Below are positions 57,013-64,000 of a DNA stretch of 64,000 bases, piece by piece. The stretch spans positions 203,518 to 267,517 of the forward strand of contig DISV01000005.1 of assembly GCA_002422025.1 (NCBI GenBank), written 5' to 3'. Position numbers and translations under genes: made by a program. A model generated the notes under the pieces. The model was not told where the DNA came from. It did not search any database and saw nothing but the letters and a program-made list of their open reading frames with translations. The first letter of the stretch is position 1; each line of letters starts with the position of its first letter. The DNA comes from Patescibacteria group bacterium UBA6201 (GTDB taxonomy: Bacteria; Patescibacteriota; Minisyncoccia; Phycocordibacterales; UBA918).

Positions 57013-57390
57013 TTATTCGCTGATTACTAGGTTATGCAAAGTTGGTTTGCGAAGTTTGTTCTTCGGTAGCATACCACTGATAGTACGACGCAATACTTCT
57101 GCGTAACCAAGACGCTTTCCTAGGTGATCTAGGGTTTCTGAACGAAGTCCTCCTGGGTAACCAGAGTAGCTCTGGTAAGTATTACCCTTTTTGTTCTCAG
57201 GAATATCCATCTTTGATGCATTTTCAATCTTCACTGTGACTTCTGCAATCATGTTTTTAGCAAAGTCTGGAGAGTCCTTACCAACTAAAACACTAGCCGC
57301 TTCAGTCGCAATGCGACCAAGGCGCTTGCCGGTGGCGTCTATAACGTATTCTCTTTTTTGATTTTCAGTCTCCATATTATACAAATTCAA
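57013..57390 (-). CDS. rplM: 50S ribosomal protein L13
   Basis: REYVIDATGKRLGRIATEAASVL. Confidence 0.85.
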   Translation of the reverse strand: MNLYNMETENQKREYVIDATGKRLGRIATEAASVLVGKDSPDFAKNMIAEVTVKIENASKMDIPENKKGNTYQSYSGYPGGLRSETLDHLGKRLGYAEVLRRTISGMLPKNKLRKPTLHNLVISE

Positions 57391-57730
57391 TTACGGCCTC
57401 ATCACGTCCAGCCAAAGTTCGGCCCATCTTGATGATGCGAGTATAACCTCCCTCTCTATCCTGGTACTTAGGAGCAAGTTCATCAAAGAGCGCCTTGATA
57501 ACTTCAGCTCTTGGTTCACCCAAGCTTGAGGCTGCCATACGGCGTGAAGCGACTGAGTTCTTCTTACCCATAGTCACCAAACGTTCAGCAAAAGGACGAA
57601 GTTCCTTAGCCTTAGCCTCAGTGGTCTTAATCTTACCCTTAACGATAAGGTCAGCAGCCAAACCACGCAAAAGAGCCGTGCGCCCTCGGCGGGTTCTTCC
57701 TAGCTTTCTCTTTGTGGATGCGTGCATCAT
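57377..57730 (-). CDS. rplQ: 50S ribosomal protein L17
   Basis: KLGRTRRGRTALLRGLAADLI. Confidence 0.85.
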   Translation of the reverse strand: MMHASTKRKLGRTRRGRTALLRGLAADLIVKGKIKTTEAKAKELRPFAERLVTMGKKNSVASRRMAASSLGEPRAEVIKALFDELAPKYQDREGGYTRIIKMGRTLAGRDEAVIEFV

Positions 57731-57746
57731 AAACTAAAATTTAACG

Positions 57747-58706
57747 TTATTCGGCCAATGTTAGACCCATCCCCTTAAGGAGTGAGACAATCTCATCTAG
57801 TCCTTTTGGACCAATCCCATCAAGCGAGAGGATATCATCTTTTTTCTTTCTCACAAGCCCTCCGACAGTACGGATGGAAGCTTCCTCAAGAGCAGTCATT
57901 GTTCTAGGAGACAAATCTACGTTTTCAATACGAGTCTTTAAAACATCTGGGTCTACCTCAGCGTCACCAGTTGATGTTGATTCAGTAGCAGCTACAGCTG
58001 GTTCTTCTGATACATCCTTGAAACCAGTGATAGCCTTGAGCTGATGAATCATAATTTCGATAGACTTCTCTACCGCTTCCTTAGGAGACATAGTACCGTC
58101 AGTCTCCACGAAGAATCGTAGACGATTGAAATCAGTACGATCACCCACACGCATGTTCTCTACTTCGTAGTTAACACGTCGAATAGGAGTGAAGACAGCA
58201 TCCATAGCGATAGCGCCGATGTCTACTTTCTCTTTCTGGTGAACTTCGCGAGGTACGTAGCCTAGACCCTTAGCTACTGTCAATTCAATATCAAGAGTAA
58301 CTCCCTTACCGGTGATTTCAGCGATAAGCTGGTCAGGGTTTAGAATTTCAATCTGGCTTGGGGCTTCAATATCACCAGCAGTCACAATACCAGCCTTAGA
58401 AGACTTCAAACGCATAGTAACTGGCTCTTCAGAGTGAAGAGCGAGACGAATGCGCTTAATATTAAGTAGCATTGTGATTACGTCCTCACGCACACCATCA
58501 ATAGCATCAAATTCGTGCTTTACACCGTCAATCTTTACGTGAGTAACAGCCGCTCCAGGGAGGGATGAAAGGATGATACGACGAAGACTGTTTCCGAGAG
58601 TGTGACCATAGCCCGGATAAAGACCATCGATTTCGTAGATACCCTGATATTCTTCTTCCTTAACAACACGTGGCTTGCTTGGGAGAGTTACATTTGTTTC
58701 CAACAT
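57747..58706 (-). CDS. rpoA: DNA-directed RNA polymerase alpha subunit
   Basis: [24 protein letters not shown] and a C-terminal CTD. Confidence 0.9.
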   Translation of the reverse strand: [319 protein letters not shown]

Positions 58707-58751
58707 AGAGAGTTTTATAAATTGACACTAATAAATTTTCAGCCAAAGGTG

Positions 58752-59360
58752 CTAGCGGCTGTAGAACTCAAACACCTGTTCAGGATCAAAGAGAGTTTCA
58801 GACGGCTCGTAAATCGGACGGGATTCCACCTTTCCTTCGAGCTTCTTTACATCAAACTTCAGCCAGGCGGGAGTGATACCAGTGTGACTCTCATCAAGGG
58901 TAACAAAAAGGGCAGATGAGCGACTACCTTCACGGACGGAAACAGTGTCTCCAATTTTTAGTTGGTGAGAAGGAATAGTGAACTTACGACCGTTAACGGT
59001 TAGGTGACCATGAGAAGCCATCTGACGAGCTAGACGACGAGTCTTAGCGAGACCTAGACGGTAAGCGACGTTATCGAGTCGTGACTCAAGTCGTGACATT
59101 AAAAATTGGATAGGCTCTGCGCTCTTCTCTAGAGACTCATCGACGTACTTACGCAACTGCTTTTCAGTGATACCGTAGGTAAATCGCATCTTCTGCTTTT
59201 CAAGCAACTGCCGTTTGAAGTCGCTCATTTGTCCAGGACGGACATTCTTCTTCTTTTGACCGACACGAGCAGCAGACACAGCAAATTTCTGTGTTTGGGT
59301 TTTTTCGAATATTGGAGCGCCGAGACGCTTAGCAATTTTAAATTTAGGACCTATTTTCAT
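58752..59360 (-). CDS. rpsD: 30S ribosomal protein S4
   Basis: MKIGPKFKIAKRLG ... S4 domain. Confidence 0.9.
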   Translation of the reverse strand: MKIGPKFKIAKRLGAPIFEKTQTQKFAVSAARVGQKKKNVRPGQMSDFKRQLLEKQKMRFTYGITEKQLRKYVDESLEKSAEPIQFLMSRLESRLDNVAYRLGLAKTRRLARQMASHGHLTVNGRKFTIPSHQLKIGDTVSVREGSRSSALFVTLDESHTGITPAWLKFDVKKLEGKVESRPIYEPSETLFDPEQVFEFYSR

Positions 59361-59381
59361 AACACAATCATTTAATAGTGA

Positions 59382-59813
59382 CTATACGCGACGTGGCTTT
59401 TTAGCGCGAGGACCGTTATGGGGCACTGGCGTCATATCAATAATCTTCGTGACCGATACTCCCTTTCCGCTAAAAGCACGGAGGGCAGACTCGCGTCCAG
59501 CTCCGATACCGCGAATGATAACCTCAGCATCACGCATCCCCATCTGATTTGCCTTGTCACCGATTATTTCCCCAACTTTTGCTGCGGCAAAAGGCGTAGA
59601 CTTACGTGACCCCTTGAATCCGATAGCTCCGCTAGAGGCTGCGATAAGACTATTACCCTTAAGATCAGCTAAGGTCAGGATGGTGTTATTAAAGGTAGCC
59701 AAGATGTTAAGACGACCAGAAATCACCTTCTTCTTAGGAATACGATTAAGAGCACGGGAAGTTCCCGCTACATCTGATCCCCCACCCTTTTTTATAATTC
59801 TTTTCTTACCCAT
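59382..59813 (-). CDS. rpsK: 30S ribosomal protein S11
   Basis: ATFNNTILTLADLKGN ... GKGVSVTKIIDMTPVPHNGPR. Confidence 0.9.
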   Translation of the reverse strand: MGKKRIIKKGGGSDVAGTSRALNRIPKKKVISGRLNILATFNNTILTLADLKGNSLIAASSGAIGFKGSRKSTPFAAAKVGEIIGDKANQMGMRDAEVIIRGIGAGRESALRAFSGKGVSVTKIIDMTPVPHNGPRAKKPRRV

Positions 59814-59967
59814 AGGAATTTCGTAAATAAAGTTTCAAACTTCAAAATCTTTAAAACCGGATGTATTCGTGGCCTTTGGAGGAAAAATTAGATGGGAGAT
59901 GTATATAGACATACATTGACCAGATAATTTTTCCGAAAAGGCTGCGAGGACGTCGGTTTTGGAGATT

Positions 59968-60345
59968 TTAAGTTTTTTCAAGCTTACGGCGTCCTGATCC
60001 CATCGTCTTCTTAACTCCCTTCAATGTTCGTGCATTCGTCTTGGTGCGCTGTCCACGTGCCGGTAAACGCTTTGCATGACGTGAACCACGGTATGAAGCG
60101 ATATCCTTAAGTCGCTTGATGTCGCTTGATACCTTACGTCTTAATTCTCCTTCGATTGTAAAAGATTCAACCTTTTCACGAACACTGTTTTCTAGCTCCG
60201 GTGAAAGATCTGCTGGCTTAATAGAGGCTTCAATCTTGAGCTCCGCCAAGATTTCTTTGGCGCGAACTAGACCAATACCATAAATAGCGGTAAGGCCGTA
60301 AGAAAGCTGTTTGTTATCTGGAATGTTTATACCTGAGATTCTCAT
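59968..60345 (-). CDS. rpsM: 30S ribosomal protein S13
   Basis: MRISGINIPDNKQLSYGLTAIYGIG. Confidence 0.9.
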   Translation of the reverse strand: MRISGINIPDNKQLSYGLTAIYGIGLVRAKEILAELKIEASIKPADLSPELENSVREKVESFTIEGELRRKVSSDIKRLKDIASYRGSRHAKRLPARGQRTKTNARTLKGVKKTMGSGRRKLEKT

Positions 60346-60425
60346 ATGTGTAGTTGAGAGTGGTTAGTTTTCAGTTTTTAGTGTGCAAAGCATTTATTCA
60401 CTAACAACTGAAAACTAGAAATGAT

Positions 60426-60542
60426 TTATCCTTGTCTCTGCTTATGTCGTGGCTTACGCTTGTTTATGACATAGATGTTCCCACGACGACGCACGATAAT
60501 GTCGTCTGGACTTCTTTTCTTTATTGAAGATTTTACTTTCAT
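60426..60542 (-). CDS. rpmJ: 50S ribosomal protein L36 (38 aa; below the ORF-track size cut-off)
   Basis: Minus-strand translation reads [38 protein letters not shown]. It lies in the canonical slot between infA and rpsM. Confidence 0.85.
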   Translation of the reverse strand: MKVKSSIKKRSPDDIIVRRRGNIYVINKRKPRHKQRQG

Positions 60543-60544
60543 AA

Positions 60545-60766
60545 TTAAATGCGTTTGGTTATTCGACCCTTGCCACCGTATGGTTCAGGCACAATCGCCA
60601 CCTTGTCCCCAACGAGCACCCTGATGCGAAATTTACGCATCTTTCCGGAGAGATACGTAAGTACCTTTTCGTTGGTGTCATCTAGAACAACCCGAAAAAG
60701 CGCATTTGGGAGCGCCTCCTCCACTGTTCCGTAGATGAGGTTTTCTTTTTCTGGTGCCGACATCAA
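60545..60766 (-). CDS. infA: translation initiation factor IF-1
   Basis: [44 protein letters not shown]. Confidence 0.9.
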   Translation of the reverse strand: MMSAPEKENLIYGTVEEALPNALFRVVLDDTNEKVLTYLSGKMRKFRIRVLVGDKVAIVPEPYGGKGRITKRI

Positions 60767-60767
60767 A

Positions 60768-60825
60768 CGGGTGTGAGTTTAGCAAATACTTAGTAAAACG
60801 TCAACCCCTACACCAGTTTTGTCGT
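60768..60825 (-). promoter_or_regulatory. solo copy of the 26-bp repeat (60800-60825) providing the -35 of a TTGACG-N17-TAAACT promoter for the infA/ribosomal operon
   Basis: The minus strand reads ggtgtaggggTTGACGttttactaagtatttgcTAAACT 14 nt before the infA ATG. Confidence 0.45.
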
Positions 60826-60985
60826 CGTTATGATTTTACTATTCTTAAGCACCTAGGGTCTTTTTGCTTATGAATTGAGTTTAGAGTTTTACTCTTGGTC
60901 TCTAAACGCAAAATTACGTCAAAATTGGTGTCTTAGTCCAGTCCAGCGCCAGTGTTCTGGCGGGTCAGGATGGACTCGAAGGTAC

Positions 60986-62275
60986 TTATTCTGCGGTCAA
61001 TTCTTCGATTATCTCTATTTCCTCTGGATTGTCTGGGAATGAGCTCTTCCAGAAAGGCTTAATAGTGGCATTTGCCTTCTCAATGGCTGGATAACCGCCG
61101 AGCACAGTATTAAGGACCGTCTGTGAGCCTCCTGCGAGGTCACGCTTCAATTGTTCCTGATCATATGTCCAGATAACTTGTGGACGTCCTAGTAATTTGA
61201 ATGAAAAGGTTTCAGAACCGGAGAAGTTTGTGTCAGCAGCATACTCAAAGGTAAGTGCGGACGGATCAGCAATTTTTACAGACTCATTTTCGTAACCGGG
61301 TATTGTCGCGGCAGCAATGAATGCCGCGAAGTCTTCGTTTTTAAACATTGGCGCTCGGAGAATCGCTTTTTCTTTTAGTAAAACTTTATTGTTACCAATA
61401 TCTTCTCCAGGCAATGCTTGGTAAGTGAAAGTTATTGAAGAGTCATAGAGAATGAAACCGGCTGGACGTTCATTACTTACACGACCCTGTAGAGCCTCAC
61501 GGAGTTCTGTTCTAAGTGACTCAGTGGCAGCTTGTAATTCGGCATCATCAATAGTGAATTTAGGTCCACGGTGTCCACCAGTGAAGTCACTTTGATTAAC
61601 TGCATAGATTGAATCATATAACTCAGTAAGATCGCTTTCCTTAAAACCAGGCACCTTGAATTGAGTATTGGCTGCCAAGTTGTACTCTGGTCCAGCTTCA
61701 TCAGCAAAAACTTGAGCCACTACAGAGCCTGGATTTTCAGAAGTACCACCGGGAACAACTGCAGATTCAGTGATGCGGAAGATTTTCCCGTCCGGAGATT
61801 CAAATCGAGTATTCTTTATAAGACGCTCTTCCCCACTGGTCTTCTTGTAGATTGTTATTTCACCAGTAGCCTGCTCTTCTACTTCCTCTTGTCCTGTAGC
61901 AGTCACTTCTCGTTCACCTTCTGCCTCGAGTGTAAGCACTTCATAAACCAAGTTAGATTCCGAAAGTTGTGAGTTTGCCTCGAAGACTGCGTTAACGGTC
62001 GGTTCTCTCCAGCGCGGGAAAACGGTGACAGTGGTCTGTCCGGTTGCTGCAGCAAAACTAAACACTGCAACGGCCACAACTAAAAGGACCAATGTCCCTG
62101 CGATTAGACCTTTTTTATTTGTGCGTCTTTTGTTTTGACTCTCCGGCGCTGCACGGCGAGGCGCAGGGTTCTCATCAACAGTTCGCTCCATCTCTGAAAC
62201 CTTTTGCGCTGTGGATCTAGCTGGGCGACGTCTTTCCGCCGGCTTTATATCCTGCAAATTCCATTTCTTTTCCAT
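60986..62275 (-). CDS. hypothetical membrane-anchored protein (basic cytoplasmic N-terminus, one TM, large extracytoplasmic domain)
   Basis: RRRPARSTAQKV..., TM LIAGTLVLLVVAVAVFSFAAA. No motif. Confidence 0.45.
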   Translation of the reverse strand: MEKKWNLQDIKPAERRRPARSTAQKVSEMERTVDENPAPRRAAPESQNKRRTNKKGLIAGTLVLLVVAVAVFSFAAATGQTTVTVFPRWREPTVNAVFEANSQLSESNLVYEVLTLEAEGEREVTATGQEEVEEQATGEITIYKKTSGEERLIKNTRFESPDGKIFRITESAVVPGGTSENPGSVVAQVFADEAGPEYNLAANTQFKVPGFKESDLTELYDSIYAVNQSDFTGGHRGPKFTIDDAELQAATESLRTELREALQGRVSNERPAGFILYDSSITFTYQALPGEDIGNNKVLLKEKAILRAPMFKNEDFAAFIAAATIPGYENESVKIADPSALTFEYAADTNFSGSETFSFKLLGRPQVIWTYDQEQLKRDLAGGSQTVLNTVLGGYPAIEKANATIKPFWKSSFPDNPEEIEIIEELTAE

Positions 62276-62276
62276 A

Positions 62277-63404
62277 TTATGTGTATTTTAACATATTTAG
62301 TGATTCCTCTATATATCTATCCTCATAGAGTTTTTTATGAAAGACAAATGCTGAACAAGCAAGTGGATCGGGGCTTGTACCTGTTGGTAAAAAAAACTCA
62401 GTGATAGTACTGTGAACTTGATGCGCCACCCCAGTAGCTGACTTTGAAGCAGTTTCTAATAAAGAAATTAAACTACTTTCAACCAAACTAGTCGAGTGGA
62501 GATACATTTTCTTTGGTAGAGATAGTCCATCTCCAGTATTCTTGAAAAGCGTCGTGAGCTCCTGAAGGGATACATTCTTAGTGGCAGTAGAAACTGCCTT
62601 AGACCGAGGATTAGTAGGCATTTCTATAGCTAGGTAGGTGCTGCTAACCGGCAAACTATCTCTTAACACCATTAACTCCGTGCCTTTCAGAGTAGAATTT
62701 ATAAAACATGCTTCAGTTGTGTTTGGTGCTTTTTCCAGTACAGCTCGAAAATAAATAGACATAAAAGAGTCCATATCAATTTCCGCTTTAGGTAAGATCT
62801 TATCTCTAAGCTTATTTAGTTCATTTACTATTTTTTTTGATGACAAGGTAATCATTTGGCAAAGCTTTACCTCGGTAGCTGTGCTTTTAAAAGGAAAATG
62901 AGTAGGATAACCGTTCACACTGAGTGCTACGGTAGAGTTTGAGAGCATCTCCAAATCTAAATCCTTTGTTAGTAACTGACTTGCGCATGATTTCTTAGCT
63001 TCATTGGCAGCTTTTTTCTCCAACTCAGAAAATAATTTTTGAGTCACTTTAAAGGGCTTTGAAGAGGTTACTGAGACAGTACGGGCTACTGTGTATGCAA
63101 GTGGTGCAGTTATAGCTACCTGAATCAGGGTCGGTAATTTAGTTATCTCTCTTTTCCTTAAAGCGGCAAAACCAGTATTGCTAAGCTCCATAAAGGCATT
63201 TAAAAGAGAAATAGTTAATCTTGATTCTCTACCTTTAGGAGTTTGTGTCGCAGTTATTAACTCTTGGTAGGACCAGACAATTTCTGGTAATGGCTGATCT
63301 TCTTTTGAGAGAACTATTCCGATATTTATAACTGAATCAGAGATGTCTAAAACGACACCTAAGGTCTCGCTACTCTTTTCGCGACCTCCAAATAAAAACA
63401 TCAT
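62277..63404 (-). CDS. hypothetical protein, possibly actin-like ATPase fold (PilM/FtsA-like)
   Basis: The N-terminal LGVVLDISDSVINIGIVL resembles the phosphate-1 start of PilM/FtsA. Weak. It lies one nt from the downstream membrane protein gene. Confidence 0.3.
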   Translation of the reverse strand: MMFLFGGREKSSETLGVVLDISDSVINIGIVLSKEDQPLPEIVWSYQELITATQTPKGRESRLTISLLNAFMELSNTGFAALRKREITKLPTLIQVAITAPLAYTVARTVSVTSSKPFKVTQKLFSELEKKAANEAKKSCASQLLTKDLDLEMLSNSTVALSVNGYPTHFPFKSTATEVKLCQMITLSSKKIVNELNKLRDKILPKAEIDMDSFMSIYFRAVLEKAPNTTEACFINSTLKGTELMVLRDSLPVSSTYLAIEMPTNPRSKAVSTATKNVSLQELTTLFKNTGDGLSLPKKMYLHSTSLVESSLISLLETASKSATGVAHQVHSTITEFFLPTGTSPDPLACSAFVFHKKLYEDRYIEESLNMLKYT

Positions 63405-63495
63405 TTAATTATAAACCTGTTAGGTCATAATTAAATAACCTTGTCTGGATAAAGATGAGTCTAGGTATCGTGGATAATAGACAAACATACACATA

Positions 63496-63524
63496 AACAG
63501 CACGAGTCTTTAGCTCGTGCTGTT
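63496..63524 (-). terminator. hairpin aaacagcacgag-tcttta-gctcgtgctgttt
   Basis: Downstream of the partial alaS, T-rich on the minus strand. Confidence 0.5.
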
Positions 63525-63555
63525 TAATACTCTGCGTTTCTCGTCCTTTAGCTGT

Positions 63556-64000
63556 TTATTCCAATACAGCTTTCACTCGGCGCACTCCGGCAGAAGAAGA
63601 TTCCTCTTTGGTAATCTTAAAAGTTCCTTTGATGTCTTCCAGTTTTTCTACGTGTGGACCACCACAAAGTTCGCGTGAAAATACTTCACCATCATTTCCA
63701 GTAATCGTGTACACCTTTACTTCATCTGGATAGCGGTCCCAGAAACTACCTTCAATGGTAGGGTCGTTTTCAGCAGTGGTTTTTGGCATCATATCAATCC
63801 GCACTGGCCCACCGACCTTTATAGCGTTATTTACAAACTCTTCTACTTTGTCTAAGACATCGCGCTCAACTTTGTCAGTATGAGTAAAGTCGAAACGTAG
63901 GCGCTCTCCCGTGATGTTACTTCCAGCCTGATGAATTCCGTTCCCCAAGAACTTCCTTAGTCCCGCCAGCATCAAGTGCGTTGCAGTGTGGTACTGCACC
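63556..64000 (-). CDS. alaS: alanyl-tRNA synthetase, C-terminal editing-domain end (partial, continues beyond window end), or an AlaX-type editing protein
   Basis: HTATHLMLAGLRKFLG...QAGSN...RLRFDF...ELCGGPHV...GVRRVKAV. The first codon in the window is not a true start. No C-Ala domain follows. Confidence 0.7.
   Translation of the reverse strand, partial: VQYHTATHLMLAGLRKFLGNGIHQAGSNITGERLRFDFTHTDKVERDVLDKVEEFVNNAIKVGGPVRIDMMPKTTAENDPTIEGSFWDRYPDEVKVYTITGNDGEVFSRELCGGPHVEKLEDIKGTFKITKEESSSAGVRRVKAVLE

Noticed and set aside
60346-60425. Hairpin tagttttcag...ctgaaaacta between rpmJ and rpsM as a separate ncRNA
   Set aside because: It is a single imperfect stem inside an operon spacer, so it is more likely an mRNA structural or processing element. 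Evidence is insufficient to call it a gene.
1-64000. CRISPR arrays, rRNA genes, tmRNA, RNase P and SRP RNAs
   Set aside because: No regularly spaced direct repeats were found, and no conserved motifs of these RNAs (for example SRP domain IV, tmRNA tag reading frame with tRNA-like ends) were recognised in any intergenic region by eye. This is not excluded without covariance-model searches.

Overview
This 64 kb window is low-GC (~40%) and densely coded, mostly on the minus strand. Its gene content suggests a reduced-genome bacterium, probably Patescibacteria/CPR-like; that placement is inference. The supporting traits are archaeal-type AspRS, split transketolase, short PheT, SMC and RF1, weak or absent SD sequences, several type IV pilins and a sortase locus. 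Recognisable housekeeping content is listed here in window order. It starts with rpoB (5' end only). Next come rpsP-KH-trmD, rnr and a short SMC. A nusB::NUDIX fusion sits upstream of rnc, followed by rpmF, rnhB and dnaE. thrS has a T-box leader. Further on are gyrB, pheST, tRNA-Thr(UGU), tsf-rpsB, prfA and rpmE. A lytic-transglycosylase-like coiled-coil protein and rplY follow. A pentose-phosphate cluster (pfkB kinase, tkt N/C, rpe, rpiB, gap) has a pilin gene embedded in it. After it are scpA, an HD hydrolase, pepA, aspS and trpS. A SET-domain protein is coupled to an orphan sensor histidine kinase, next to an SMR efflux gene. grpE-dnaK-dnaJ follows, then the ribosomal block rpsI-rplM-rplQ-rpoA-rpsD-rpsK-rpsM-rpmJ-infA and a partial alaS. 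Accessory content is concentrated at 19.2-23.8 kb. It holds an Ig-repeat surface protein with a VPYTG/TM/KK C-terminus, a sortase and a ~0.7 kb high-GC insertion encoding two small Cys-rich secreted proteins. It also holds a GIY-YIG gene bracketed by 26-bp inverted repeats that carry outward promoter hexamers; a solo repeat copy sits at the infA promoter. The most unusual signal is a 127-128 bp element present three times (1727-1854 +, 10890-11017 -, 48492-48618 -). The copies have a conserved helix architecture, and base changes between copies are compensatory in three helices. This is a candidate undescribed structured RNA or MITE-like family. Other repeats include a 48-bp AT-rich perfect palindrome family (three loci), an identical terminator hairpin at two loci, and a partial duplication of the tRNA-Thr 3' end. 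No rRNA genes or CRISPR arrays were seen.
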